A stretch of DNA of 64,000 nt from Psychromonadaceae bacterium (GCA_965249895.1 CBDFNC010000001.1:1163024-1227023); one strand, 5' to 3'; numbered from the stretch's first letter, positions 1 through 9,988 are shown. Numbers and translations are program-made. The notes: generated from the sequence alone by a model not told the origin.

Positions 1-182
1 CCAACCTCGATAAATTTAAAAACCGTAATATTAACCTGCTCTCGAGTCCAACGCTGGCATGCCCAAGCCAGGCGGCCTGGCAGCAATTTGCTAAGTTAAA
101 ATATGCTCAATCTGTGTATGCAAAACTTACCTCAGGTATTGCATTTGATAAAGCAATCTAATCAATTGGAAAGCCAGCGGGT

Positions 183-968
183 TTAGGCTGGCTTTCTGAA
201 TAAGTTAGGCTGCGCCTTGTCATACAGGTGTGAGTCGAAGAAATCCTCGCTATCCAAGACATGGCCCACCAAGATAAGTGCGGTGAGTTTGATATCTTTG
301 GCGCGCACTTTCTCTGTAATATCGCTTAACGTCCCTTTAATTATTTGCTGATCCGGCCAGCTAACTCGATAGCACACCGCCACGGGGCAAGCCTTGCCAT
401 AATGTGGGATCAGCTCTTCGGTGATTTTGCCTAGCTTGGTAATACTCAGGTGAATGGCCAGGGTCGCCTTACTTTTTGCCAACTGACTCAGCTGCTCCTG
501 CTCTGGCATAGGTGTTTTGCCTGCGAAGCGTGTCAGTATCACGGTTTGGGAAACGCCGGAGAGGGTTAACTCTTGTCCTAATGCGGCGGCGGATGCTGCC
601 GTGGCGGTTACTCCGGGGACAACCTCAAAGTCGATCCCAAGTCCTTTTAGCCGCCTGATCTGTTCACCGATAGCGCCATACAGAGACGGGTCGCCGCTGT
701 GTACTCTGGCAACCAGCTGGCCCTGCTGCTCTGCTTGCTGGATATACTCAATGATCTGATCCAGGTGTAACTCGGCCGTATTGATCAGGGTTGCACTGTC
801 TTTGGCATCCTGTAATACAGCGGTTGGCACCAGGGAGCCTGCGTATAAAATAAGGTCGGCCTGTTGGATGAGCTTCAGGCCTTTGACTGTAATTAAGTCA
901 GGATCGCCAGGACCTGCGCCAATAAAATACACTGTCATATTAGTGCTCCAGTTTTTTGCTGTATCCAC
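183..968 (-). CDS. cbiF: precorrin-4 (cobalt-precorrin-4) C11-methyltransferase
   Basis: N-terminal VYFIGAGPGDPDLITVKG tetrapyrrole methylase signature. 261 aa. Last gene of the co-directional cbi cluster. Confidence 0.85.
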   Translation of the reverse strand: MDTAKNWSTNMTVYFIGAGPGDPDLITVKGLKLIQQADLILYAGSLVPTAVLQDAKDSATLINTAELHLDQIIEYIQQAEQQGQLVARVHSGDPSLYGAIGEQIRRLKGLGIDFEVVPGVTATAASAAALGQELTLSGVSQTVILTRFAGKTPMPEQEQLSQLAKSKATLAIHLSITKLGKITEELIPHYGKACPVAVCYRVSWPDQQIIKGTLSDITEKVRAKDIKLTALILVGHVLDSEDFFDSHLYDKAQPNLFRKPA

Positions 969-1713
969 GGGGGGTGTAGACCCAGCCCTGCGCCGTGACC
1001 TTGGTTTCGCTGTTGCCGATTTGCACCAGGGTCAGCATATCCACATCTTTGGCATTCAGGTCTTTCAGCTCGATGATAGTAATCTGCTCATCTTCTCGGC
1101 TAAGATTACGACCTAGGATCACGGGTGTATTTTGCGGTCTGTACTCCAGCAAAATATCTCTGGCCTTATTGAGCTGCCAGTCTCTTTTTTGTGATACCGG
1201 ATTATAAAAAGACACCACAAAGTCCCCCATAGCGGCGGCTTTTATCCGGGTTTCTATGGTTTCCCAGGGAGTTAACAGATCTGAAAGGGAGATGGCGCAA
1301 AAATCGTGACCTAAGGTGGCGCCGACCCGAGCTGCAGCCAGTTGCATTGCGGAAATGCCAGGCACGACTTCTATTTCTACATCCAGCCATTCGGGTTTGG
1401 TTTGCTTGTCTAACAGCTCAAACACCAAAGTCGCCATGGCGAAAATACCGATATCGCCGCTGGAAATTAGTGCGGTGGTTTTGCCTGACGCCGCCAAGTC
1501 TAAAGCCAACTCTGCGCGTTTAATTTCTTCACCTAAGGCCCTGTCGTGGCGAACCTTGCCCGAGGCCAGCTCTCCCAGCAGGTCGATATACAGACCGTAG
1601 GCCACCAGGTCGGAGCTCTGGTTTATAGCATGTTTGGCTTTTGGTGAAAGGTAGTCCAGGTCACCAGGACCCGTGCCTAATACAAATAATTTAGTCATTT
1701 TCTTCTTGGTCAC
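940..1713 (-). CDS. cbiH: precorrin-3B (cobalt-precorrin-3) C17-methyltransferase
   Basis: KLFVLGTGPGDLDYLSPKA methylase motif. 257 aa. The 29-nt overlap with cbiF suggests translational coupling. Confidence 0.85.
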   Translation of the reverse strand: MTKKKMTKLFVLGTGPGDLDYLSPKAKHAINQSSDLVAYGLYIDLLGELASGKVRHDRALGEEIKRAELALDLAASGKTTALISSGDIGIFAMATLVFELLDKQTKPEWLDVEIEVVPGISAMQLAAARVGATLGHDFCAISLSDLLTPWETIETRIKAAAMGDFVVSFYNPVSQKRDWQLNKARDILLEYRPQNTPVILGRNLSREDEQITIIELKDLNAKDVDMLTLVQIGNSETKVTAQGWVYTPRGYSKKLEH

Positions 1714-2545
1714 TTTTTTCTTGGTAACTTAACGCGATAGCGCAGGTTGCGCGACGATTTTTTTGTTTATTAATGTAGAGTTCTGAGTCCGCCTGGCCTT
1801 GCCTGCTGGCGTCTATCAGGGCGGCGGCTTCAGCAACGCCATAACAGCCTACTTCCCGAAACACGATATCCGATTTCTGGCTGAGTTTCTCTTCCACCAG
1901 GCGTAATTGCTTGGCGGGATAAAAGTGAATGGGCAACTGGTATTTATTCGCCAGCTGTAACATGGCTTGTTCGTCTTGTTTCAGGTCTATGCTGGCAAGG
2001 CCGGACAATTTCTCTGGGGTGAGACGTCCTTGCTTTAAAACAGACAGAAACACGGATTCCAATATCTCAAGAGGACAGCCCCTGTCACTACCCAGTCCAG
2101 CCACATATAGAGGGTCGGTATACTTGTTGCTGGTGGTAAGCACCAACTTCGAGCCTAGTGAGTCGGCTAGATTTCTGCCCCATTCATTGGCCCCCCCTTC
2201 ATGGCCGGACAGCAAGGGAATGATAAATTCACCATTTTCATCCAGTACCAATACAGCGGGGTCACTTTTTTTATCTTTTATTACCGGGGCCAGCGTTCTT
2301 ATCACGATACCTGTGGCACAGATAAATATCAGTCTTTGGCCCGAATTAAACTTCTGCTGGATGGTGGCTGCAAAAGGTTTGGGGTTGGTTAGGTGTTCGG
2401 CATCCAGATATCTTAAAAGGCGCTTTGCTAACAAATGCCCTTTTGCTGTCAGGCTGATAATGACAGGTTTATTCAAGACTGACTCCCTGGCGCTTGTTCG
2501 TGATGAGTAACAGGGAGAAGTAGGGGCCCGGACCGGATAGTTCAT
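1691..2545 (-). CDS. cbiG: cobalt-precorrin-5A hydrolase CbiG
   Basis: CbiG C-terminal signature SIDLKQDEQAMLQLANKYQLPIHFY...VGCYGVAEAAAL. The long ORF overlaps cbiL by 77 nt. The real start is probably the in-frame TTG at about 2476, which overlaps the cbiL TAA stop. Confidence 0.7.
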   Translation of the reverse strand: MNYPVRAPTSPCYSSRTSARESVLNKPVIISLTAKGHLLAKRLLRYLDAEHLTNPKPFAATIQQKFNSGQRLIFICATGIVIRTLAPVIKDKKSDPAVLVLDENGEFIIPLLSGHEGGANEWGRNLADSLGSKLVLTTSNKYTDPLYVAGLGSDRGCPLEILESVFLSVLKQGRLTPEKLSGLASIDLKQDEQAMLQLANKYQLPIHFYPAKQLRLVEEKLSQKSDIVFREVGCYGVAEAAALIDASRQGQADSELYINKQKNRRATCAIALSYQEKSDQEEND

Positions 2546-3185
2546 CGATACTCCAGGTAATGGCTTGCTCGGGCATGCTGGCTTTTTCTATATAACACGC
2601 CTGTTCACTGCGCCCTGCTGCTTTTATTAACCTCAGTAAACGCTCTCTTTGCGATGCAACTTTTAGTAAGACCACAGAATCGAACTTGTCTAATGCATTT
2701 CGTATTTCCTGATCACTGGAACGACCCGACAGCACTGCCATAGACTCGCTCAGCAAGGTGAGAGGACGCCGAGTCGCTGCCGAAGCCGCATTGATGGAAG
2801 TGACTCCGGGAATAACTTCCACCTGATATTCCGGGCTGATACGCTCGAACAAGTAGATAAAGGAGCCGAAGAAAAATGGATCACCTTCACACAGGAAAGC
2901 CACATTTTTTCCGTTAGCCAAATGAGTTTTAATCTGCTCCGCTATGGCATCGTATTGCTGGTTGATTAAATACCTGTCTTTATTCATCTCCAGAGGTAGA
3001 GGTAAATGTTGCTGAGTCGGTTTGGCTTGCTCGAGTTGCTCCTTGGCGATACTGGCGCCTAGACTAAAACCCTTGGCATTGATTATGTAGCACACCACGT
3101 CGGCGTTGCGGATCAAGCGCGCTGTTTTTAGGGTGAGCAGTTCAGGATCGCCGGGCCCAAGTCCCAAGCCGTAAAGTATCGCCAT
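2469..3185 (-). CDS. cbiL: precorrin-2 (cobalt-factor II) C20-methyltransferase
   Basis: MAILYGLGLGPGDPELLTLKTARLI methylase N-terminus. 238 aa. Confidence 0.85.
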   Translation of the reverse strand: MAILYGLGLGPGDPELLTLKTARLIRNADVVCYIINAKGFSLGASIAKEQLEQAKPTQQHLPLPLEMNKDRYLINQQYDAIAEQIKTHLANGKNVAFLCEGDPFFFGSFIYLFERISPEYQVEVIPGVTSINAASAATRRPLTLLSESMAVLSGRSSDQEIRNALDKFDSVVLLKVASQRERLLRLIKAAGRSEQACYIEKASMPEQAITWSIDELSGPGPYFSLLLITNKRQGVSLE

Positions 3186-3406
3186 GATTTATATTTCCTT
3201 TTGCCAGCAGACTAAAAGCACAGGTGGCTTCGACGTGTCTGAGTAAAGCGCTAAGTCATCACGTGTTGGCATGATTTATTTTCCCTTTTGCCAGCAGACT
3301 AAAAGTACTGATGGTTTTGACGTATCTGAGTAAAGCGCTAAGTCATCACGTGTTGGCATGATTTAGTTTTCCTTTTGCCAACAGACTAAAAGCACAGCTA
3401 ATTGCG
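3183..3406. repeat. 88-bp tandem repeat (about 2.6 copies) spanning the cbiET stop / cbiL start junction
   Basis: Units start at 3183, 3270 and 3357. Each unit carries the last ~10 cbiET codons (tgcttttagtctgctggcaaaagg.aaa), a stop, atc and ATG, followed by about 50 nt of unit-specific sequence. Confidence 0.8.
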
Positions 3407-4586
3407 GTCTCAGCAATAAACTCTCGCCTAATTTACAGCCTCGTTTAACTGAAATTTCACTGATCTCTACTTCAGCACTTAATCGTTCAGCGGCTTTAAT
3501 CAAGCTGGCTCGGGTAGTCTCGGTGACACCGGCTGCCACCAGTCGGCCACCGGGCCTGAGCCTGGACCAGCAGGTGTCTAATATTTCGTTCAGGTTGCCG
3601 TTGGAACCGCCAATATAGATACAGTCAGGGTCGGGTAATGGGGCTAAGGCCTCCGGAGCGGAGCCAGGTGTGATCCGCAAATTGTGTTCAACGCCAAATT
3701 TATTGGCGTTTAGACCCAAGAACGCCAGGCGTTGGGAGTTGCTTTCAATAGCATATAAGGTGCAGAACGACTGGGCTCGGGCCCACTCTACAGCAAGTCC
3801 GCCACACCCTGCACCGACATCCCAGCCAATCTCTCCGGCGGCAGGTGCCAGTAAAGACAAGGCGCACAAACGCACTTCTTTTTTAGTGATCATACCCTTA
3901 CCTGCATCGGTTCCGGTTTCAAAAAGGTCGTCTTTGATACCGGGGAACTCAGGATAAAGTCCGCCTGGACCCTGAGTTTTGATCAGCGTCAGATGCAGGG
4001 GCTCGAATTGAATATCGCTGTGAAGCAGGCTTGCTACATCATATTCTCTAACGTTTTCATTGGGGTTGCCCAATTCTTCGCAGACCCACAAGGTGGACTT
4101 GTCATACCCGGCAGCAGTCAGTTCCCGGGCTATTGCTTGCGGGTAGCTGTGTTTGTCAGTGAGAATGGCGTACAAACGGTTGTTTTTAAGCTGGCTTCTT
4201 AATTTACTCAGAGGTCGGCCATGGAGGCTGACCAGAATAGCGTCCTGCCAGGCTATACCTAGTCTGGCAAAGGCGCTTTGTATGCTAGAGGTATTGGTGA
4301 AGACCTCAAACTGCCCCGGAAACAGGCGGTTTAAATAGGCGCCAACCCCATAAAGTAAAGGATCCCCCGAGGCCAATAAGCAGGTATTTTTATTTGGTAA
4401 AATAAGCTGCCCCAACTGAGAAAGCGGGCTAGGGTAGCTCTGCTTTTCTCCTGTGAGCAAAAGCTCTTTGGGTAATTTATTAAACTGGTGGGGGGCGCCA
4501 ATCACCAGCTCAGCCTGTTTTAGTCGCGCTAGCGCTTTGTTATTCAACCCGTTGTCACCGCAACCGACACCGATTAATGAGATCAA
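3363..4586 (-). CDS. cbiET: precorrin-6Y C5,15-methyltransferase (decarboxylating), fused CbiE/CbiT
   Basis: N-terminal methylase domain (ISLIGVGCGDNG) and C-terminal CbiT-like SAM domain (WDVGAGCGGLAVEWAR). 407 aa. Confidence 0.85.
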   Translation of the reverse strand: MISLIGVGCGDNGLNNKALARLKQAELVIGAPHQFNKLPKELLLTGEKQSYPSPLSQLGQLILPNKNTCLLASGDPLLYGVGAYLNRLFPGQFEVFTNTSSIQSAFARLGIAWQDAILVSLHGRPLSKLRSQLKNNRLYAILTDKHSYPQAIARELTAAGYDKSTLWVCEELGNPNENVREYDVASLLHSDIQFEPLHLTLIKTQGPGGLYPEFPGIKDDLFETGTDAGKGMITKKEVRLCALSLLAPAAGEIGWDVGAGCGGLAVEWARAQSFCTLYAIESNSQRLAFLGLNANKFGVEHNLRITPGSAPEALAPLPDPDCIYIGGSNGNLNEILDTCWSRLRPGGRLVAAGVTETTRASLIKAAERLSAEVEISEISVKRGCKLGESLLLRPQLAVLLVCWQKEN

Positions 4587-4607
4587 AGTAAATACCTTAT
4601 GGTTCGG

Positions 4608-5258
4608 TTAAAAAGAAATGCCGCGACTGAGTCTTAACAGGGTATTAAATGTTGCCGCAGTAAGGGCGCTACCGCCAGCTCGTCCACTCAGGCTAATCGC
4701 CTGAATATCTAACTTGTGTGCGGTTTGCATCAGCGCCTGTTTAGATTCAGCAGCTCCGACAAAACCCACTGGCATACCGATAATAAGCGCAGGTTTGGGG
4801 CAACCAGCGAATAACATTTCCTGTAATCGAAACAGGGCTGTCGGTGCGTTACCGATAAGCACTATGCCGCCAGCCAGGTGGGGTTGCCATAATTCCAGTG
4901 CCGCCATGGTGCGGGTTTCGCCACTGTTTTTGGCAATGTTAGGAACATCAGGGTGATTAAGAAAACACAGGGGGTCCTGTTCTAAAAAGCGCTTTGTGAG
5001 CCCTTGTTTCACCATTTCAACATCACACAGGACAGCGGCGTCCTGGGCCAGAGCGGTCAACCCTGCACCCACAGCATTTGGGGTCATCTCCAGGTTGTCA
5101 GCAATGGCTGGGTCACCACAGGTATGTACCAGACGCATTGCCACCTGGGTTTGCTCGTTATCAAACCGGGATAAATCGGTGAGCTGACGAATTTGGCGGA
5201 AGCTTTCTTTTTCAATGGAGTGGGGATCACGAATATACTCGAATTCGAGTGGGGTCAT
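4608..5258 (-). CDS. cbiC: precorrin-8X methylmutase
   Basis: 216 aa with HTCGDPAIADNLEMTPNAVGAG, typical of CobH/CbiC. Confidence 0.85.
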   Translation of the reverse strand: MTPLEFEYIRDPHSIEKESFRQIRQLTDLSRFDNEQTQVAMRLVHTCGDPAIADNLEMTPNAVGAGLTALAQDAAVLCDVEMVKQGLTKRFLEQDPLCFLNHPDVPNIAKNSGETRTMAALELWQPHLAGGIVLIGNAPTALFRLQEMLFAGCPKPALIIGMPVGFVGAAESKQALMQTAHKLDIQAISLSGRAGGSALTAATFNTLLRLSRGISF

Positions 5259-5283
5259 TTAGGCTTGTTTCCTTTTGCTGGTG

Positions 5284-6102
5284 TCACAGGTGCACTGAAT
5301 GGTGCTTGGGCCCACGAGCCTGGCTTATAACGGGAGCCGACGCGGTTTTATCCTGCTCACGAATTAACACTGCAAGCAATGCCGTGATGGACGAGAAGCA
5401 ATGGGGCCACATGGGTTCGGCCGGGCGTTCCAGCATAACCACAGGGATCCCCAGGATTCGGGCGGCATCTATTTTGGCATTTACGGCATTGCCCCCGCTG
5501 TTTTTGGTGACCAATACATCTATCTTGTGCTGGCGTAACAAGCGAATTTCGGCATCCAGTGAGAACGGACCTATGGTTTGTTCTAGGTAGTAATTTTTTT
5601 CTTTTTGCGGCCGACCGATGGCCGTTCTGACCAGCCAGTATTGATGCTCGGGGATCCTGTCTAAGTGAGTCAGGGGTTCGCGTCCTAGGGTAAAAAAAGG
5701 TCGTTTGGCGGTTTTGGTTTGCTCTAGCACCTGTAGCCAGTCCGATGCACTGCTCCAATTATCATCTTTAGATTGTTGCCAGGGAGCTCTTAAATAACGC
5801 CACACAGGAACCTGGGCTAACTGGCAGGCCACAAAAGCGTTGTGACTGATCCTCTTGGCGAAAGGGTGCGTAGCGACGACGAGTCCAGCTATTTTCTCTT
5901 GCTTCAGGTATTCTGCCAGTCCTTCTGCGCCGCCAAACCCTCCGACTCTTAACTCACAAGCTAGCTCTGGGGTGCGTACTAACCCGGCAATGCTGTAAAT
6001 GCATTTAATGCCAGCCTGGTGTAGTTTTATGGCAAGCTGTTTTGCATCCTGTGTGCCGCCTAATATTAGCAGTTTCAACATTATCTCCTGATCACTCAAC
6101 AA
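5284..6102 (-). CDS. cbiJ: precorrin-6A / cobalt-precorrin-6A reductase
   Basis: LKLLILGGTQDAKQLAIKL N-terminus. 272 aa. Position in the cluster fits. Confidence 0.8.
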   Translation of the reverse strand: MLSDQEIMLKLLILGGTQDAKQLAIKLHQAGIKCIYSIAGLVRTPELACELRVGGFGGAEGLAEYLKQEKIAGLVVATHPFAKRISHNAFVACQLAQVPVWRYLRAPWQQSKDDNWSSASDWLQVLEQTKTAKRPFFTLGREPLTHLDRIPEHQYWLVRTAIGRPQKEKNYYLEQTIGPFSLDAEIRLLRQHKIDVLVTKNSGGNAVNAKIDAARILGIPVVMLERPAEPMWPHCFSSITALLAVLIREQDKTASAPVISQARGPKHHSVHL

Positions 6103-6147
6103 ACATCCTGTTGCTGAGCGTTTACCTGTGCTTAGGTATGGCCGGGT

Positions 6148-7248
6148 TTAATTATTGTGGTTGGCATATCCCACCATCTTCCCAGTTTTATTGATGGTAA
6201 ACACCTCAACAGATATATGAGGTGGCACGATCTTTTTTGCCTGTTGCAGCGCTAAGTCGCTGATTCTATCACCTAAAGCCAGACCGATCTCTTGGCATTT
6301 CGCCAAGGCAGCCAAACTGGTATTGGCCTGACGAACTTCTTCTTGCAAGTCTAGCTTAGCTCCGAGAAATTTGGCTTGTTGAGATAAAAACTCAAAATCT
6401 ATACTGGATTTACGGCTATGCAAGTCTATTGCGCCATAAGCCAGCTTAGAGAACTTTCCGAAGCCCCCCACCAGGGTTAATTTGTCGATGGGGTGACGTT
6501 TGATATGTTTTAACACGGCGCCGACAAAGTCACCCATTTCGAGGCGGGCTATCTCGGGTAAATTGTATTGTTGGGTAATAAATTTATCACTGGTATCTCC
6601 AGTACAAGCAGCTATATGTTTTACCCCATTGGCTCTGGCTACGTCTATGCCCTGATATATAGAGGCGATATAGGCGGAGCATGAAAACGGGCGCACTATA
6701 CCCGTGGTGCCTAAAATGGACAAACCACCTAATATGCCGAGTCTGGGATTCATGGTTTTGAGCGCCAGCGATTCACCATTCTCGATACCTATGCAAACCA
6801 AAAAACCCCCACGATAACCGGTTTGCTTTGCTAACTGGCTTAAATGGGATGTCATCATCTGCCTTGGTACAGGATTGATGGCCGGCTCACCAACGGCCAG
6901 GGCCAAACCAGGTCTGGTCACGGTGCCAACGCCTTGCCCGGCTTTAAAAAAAACGCCCGGCTGAGGTGTTAAAGACAATTTGGCAAAGACTGTAGCACGG
7001 TGGGTGACATCGGGGTCATCTCCGGCATCTTTTACCGTGCTGGCGTAAGCGGTAGTTGCATCGAGCAGGAGACTTTCTTTAATGGCAAAGTCAACATGTT
7101 GCCCTTTGGGTAGGGTAATGCTCAGCTGAGGCAGGTTTTGATCCAACAGCAAAAGATGGGCGGCCGCCAGGCTGGTAACAGTGGCGCAACTCCCAGTGGT
7201 AAAGCCGGATCGTAAGGGGGTATTTTTTTCTGCTGATTCTTGGCGCAT
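6148..7248 (-). CDS. cbiD: cobalt-precorrin-5B C1-methyltransferase CbiD
   Basis: [19 protein letters not shown] CbiD signature. 366 aa. First gene of the minus-strand cbi operon. Confidence 0.85.
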   Translation of the reverse strand: MRQESAEKNTPLRSGFTTGSCATVTSLAAAHLLLLDQNLPQLSITLPKGQHVDFAIKESLLLDATTAYASTVKDAGDDPDVTHRATVFAKLSLTPQPGVFFKAGQGVGTVTRPGLALAVGEPAINPVPRQMMTSHLSQLAKQTGYRGGFLVCIGIENGESLALKTMNPRLGILGGLSILGTTGIVRPFSCSAYIASIYQGIDVARANGVKHIAACTGDTSDKFITQQYNLPEIARLEMGDFVGAVLKHIKRHPIDKLTLVGGFGKFSKLAYGAIDLHSRKSSIDFEFLSQQAKFLGAKLDLQEEVRQANTSLAALAKCQEIGLALGDRISDLALQQAKKIVPPHISVEVFTINKTGKMVGYANHNN

Positions 7249-7295
7249 TAAAGGCTTTCAGTTTTTATCAATTCCAACAAAAGCTTAGCCTAACG

Positions 7296-8090
7296 CCAGC
7301 TTGGGAATCATAAATGAATTCTGGCATTATACCCCTCTTTGCCACAGATGACCTCAAACAATATACCCCTCTTTGCCATAGATGAACTCATATAATGACC
7401 AGTGCTCCAACCCATAGCTGCCACGCGTTTATTATTGCCTCCCCCGCCTCTAATCAGGGAAAAACTACCGTAACAGCGGCCCTGGCAAGGTTACATCGAG
7501 TGACGTTAGCGGCGCATCTTGTTACGTCTGCTTGGGAAAAATAAGAGAATTCTGGCATTATCTCCTTCTTTGCCATAGATGAACTCATATAATGACCAGT
7601 GCTTCAACCCATAGCTGCCACGCGCTTATTATTGCTTCCCCCGCCTCTAATCAGGGTAAAACTACCGTAACAGCGGCCCTGGCAAGGTTACATCGAGTGA
7701 CGTTAGCGGCGCATCTTGTTACGTCTGCTTGGGAAAAATAAGAGAATTCTGGCATTATCTCCTTCTTTGCCACAGATGAACTCATATAATGACCAGTGCT
7801 TCAACCCATAGCTGCCACGCGCTTATTATTGCTTCCCCCGCCTCTAATCAGGGTAAAACTACCGTAACAGCGGCCCTGGCAAGGTTACATCGAGTGACGT
7901 TAGCGGCGCATCTTGTTACGTCTGCTTGGGAAAAATAAGAGAATTCTGGCATTATCTCCTTCTTTGCCACAGATGAACTCATATAATGACCAGTGCTTCA
8001 ACCCATAGCTGCCACGCGCTTATTATTGCTTCCCCCGCCTCTAATCAGGGTAAAACTACCGTAACAGCGGCCCTGGCAAGGTTACATCGA
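7296..8090. repeat. 197-bp tandem amplification (about 4 copies) of the cbiA promoter/5'UTR plus its first 34 codons
   Basis: gaattc-anchored units start at 7316, 7547, 7744 and 7941. The first unit is 231 bp because of an internal 34-bp sub-duplication. Each unit holds tataATGaccagtgcttcaaccc...ggttacatcga. The last copy continues into full-length cbiA. Confidence 0.85.
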
Positions 8091-9290
8091 AACCTGGGGC
8101 GTAAGGTTACCGTGTTTAAAGCTGGGCCAGATTTTCTGGACCCAATGATCCATCATGTAGCGTCCGGCAATCCGGTATATAACCTGGATTTATGGATGGT
8201 GGGTGAAGAAAGCTGTAAACAGATGCTATATCAATCGGCGCAGGATTCAGATCTTATTATCATCGAGTGTGGCATGGGTTTATACGATGGAAAGCCATCC
8301 AGCGCCGATCTTGCCAGAACCTTTGGTGTACCTGTGGTGGCCGTGATTGATGCATCCTCTATGGCACAAACCTTTGGTGCGCTGGCGTATGGTTTAGCAA
8401 ACTACCAGGACAATTTACCCTTTGCCGGTGTTATCGCTAACCGGGTTGGTAGTGAGAACCATAAAAATTTATTGGCTGAAAGTATTCCGCCAGGTATGAC
8501 GTTTTTTGGCGCCGTGCCACGTAGCGAAGATATTGTCATTCCAGACCGACATTTGGGTTTAGTGCAGGCGGATGAAATCACCGATTTGGATAGCAGGCTG
8601 GATCAAGCGGCCAAGCTGCTGATGGAGGCTGGTGTGACCCAGCTGCCAGCGCCTGTGGAATTTCACCTGGCCTCAACAGAAAAAGTGGAGCCCTTGCTGT
8701 CGGGGGTAACCATAGCAATAGCCAAGGATCAGGCATTTGGTTTTGTTTATCAGTCTAATCTGGAGTGCCTTGAAGCTATGGGGGCCGAACTGACATTTTT
8801 CTCCCCTCTTAATAATGAACAGGTGCCCCAGGCTGATGCGCTTTGGTTGCCCGGTGGTTACCCTGAGCTGTATGCAGAGGTGTTGGCTGACAATCAGGCT
8901 AGCAAATCCAGTGTAGTTGCCTTTGCTAAGGCGGGGAATCCCGTGCTGGCGGAGTGTGGCGGTATGTTATACCTGCTGGAAACACTGGTGGATAAACAGG
9001 GGAATAAGTTTGATATGTGCGGTTTATTGCCCGGGGTCAGCACCTTGTGTCAACGGTTTCAGGGGTTGGGCATGCAGTCTGTCGAACTGAACGGAAGGGA
9101 GTTACGTGGCCATACTTTTCATCACACCAAGACTGACACCCCGATGGAGCCTGCTTATTATGCGCAAAAGCAAAGAGGTAAGGTGCAAGGTGAGGCTGTA
9201 TATAAAAGGGAAAATGTTTGGGCCTCGTATTTACACCTGTACTTTCCGTCTAACCCAGAGTTAACCGCTATGATGTTTAAAGGCGAGTGA
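7986..9290 (+). CDS. cbiA: cobyrinate a,c-diamide synthase (glutamine-hydrolysing)
   Basis: ALIIASPASNQGKTTVTAALARL P-loop, and a C-terminal glutamine amidotransferase region with ECGGMLYL. 434 aa. Confidence 0.85.
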   Translation: MTSASTHSCHALIIASPASNQGKTTVTAALARLHRNLGRKVTVFKAGPDFLDPMIHHVASGNPVYNLDLWMVGEESCKQMLYQSAQDSDLIIIECGMGLYDGKPSSADLARTFGVPVVAVIDASSMAQTFGALAYGLANYQDNLPFAGVIANRVGSENHKNLLAESIPPGMTFFGAVPRSEDIVIPDRHLGLVQADEITDLDSRLDQAAKLLMEAGVTQLPAPVEFHLASTEKVEPLLSGVTIAIAKDQAFGFVYQSNLECLEAMGAELTFFSPLNNEQVPQADALWLPGGYPELYAEVLADNQASKSSVVAFAKAGNPVLAECGGMLYLLETLVDKQGNKFDMCGLLPGVSTLCQRFQGLGMQSVELNGRELRGHTFHHTKTDTPMEPAYYAQKQRGKVQGEAVYKRENVWASYLHLYFPSNPELTAMMFKGE

Positions 9291-9431
9291 GGTGACCTCC
9301 CTATATTTTGTAGGGAAACCCGACTCCACTTTTCCAAGCAGAAGCCGATACATTAGCCAGATAGAGGTTTTGCTAAAATTACTTAATAGGCTACACTTTC
9401 GCAGCATTTTGGAAACCTGAATAATAATACT

Positions 9432-9974
9432 ATGGCTATTAGCGCAACAATATACAAAGCTCGCCTGCAAATCGCGGATATGGATCGTGATTACTATCAG
9501 GATTTTAATCTGACTCTTGCCCAGCATCCGTCGGAAAACGATGAGCGTATGATGGTAAGGCTGTTGGCCTTTATCCTTAATGCTAGCGAACAACTGGACT
9601 TTACCAAAGGCCTCAGTGCCGATGATGAACCCGAAGTCTGGCAAAAAAGCTTATCGGATGAAATAGAGCTTTGGATTGACTTAGGGATGCCGGATGAAAA
9701 ACGGATCCGCAAGGCTTGTGGTCGGGCCAAGCAGGTTGTTATCTATACCTATGGTGGTGCAGCAGCAGACATCTGGTGGCAGCAAAACGCCGGAAAAATG
9801 AACAGGTTCGACAACCTAAATATTGTCAATATTACTACCGAAAACAGCAAGGCAATAGCTGAGCTGGTGAAGCGCAGCATGGATATTCAGGTGAGTATCC
9901 AGGATGGCCAGATCTGGTTAAATGCCGACGGGGATACTTTGTTAGTTGAGCCTGTCTTACTCTATGGCGGCTAA
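9432..9974 (+). CDS. yaeQ: YaeQ family protein
   Basis: MAISATIYKARLQIADMDRDYYQDFNLTLAQHPSENDERMMVRLLAF closely matches the conserved YaeQ N-terminus. Confidence 0.8.
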   Translation: MAISATIYKARLQIADMDRDYYQDFNLTLAQHPSENDERMMVRLLAFILNASEQLDFTKGLSADDEPEVWQKSLSDEIELWIDLGMPDEKRIRKACGRAKQVVIYTYGGAAADIWWQQNAGKMNRFDNLNIVNITTENSKAIAELVKRSMDIQVSIQDGQIWLNADGDTLLVEPVLLYGG

Positions 9975-9988
9975 CCTAGTCATTTACC

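Noticed and set aside
165-192. Hairpin gaaagccagc-ggg-tttag-gctggctttc as the cbi operon terminator
   Set aside because: The stem is good but no U-run follows on the minus-strand transcript. I left it unannotated as a terminator.
7249-7990. Cobalamin riboswitch in the cbiD/cbiA divergent region
   Set aside because: Neither strand shows a recognisable B12-box or GGUG..UCC core. The region is accounted for by the 197-bp tandem repeat units.
9261-9644. 127-aa minus-strand ORF overlapping the cbiA end and the yaeQ start
   Set aside because: It overlaps two well-supported genes and has no recognisable domain, so it is likely spurious.
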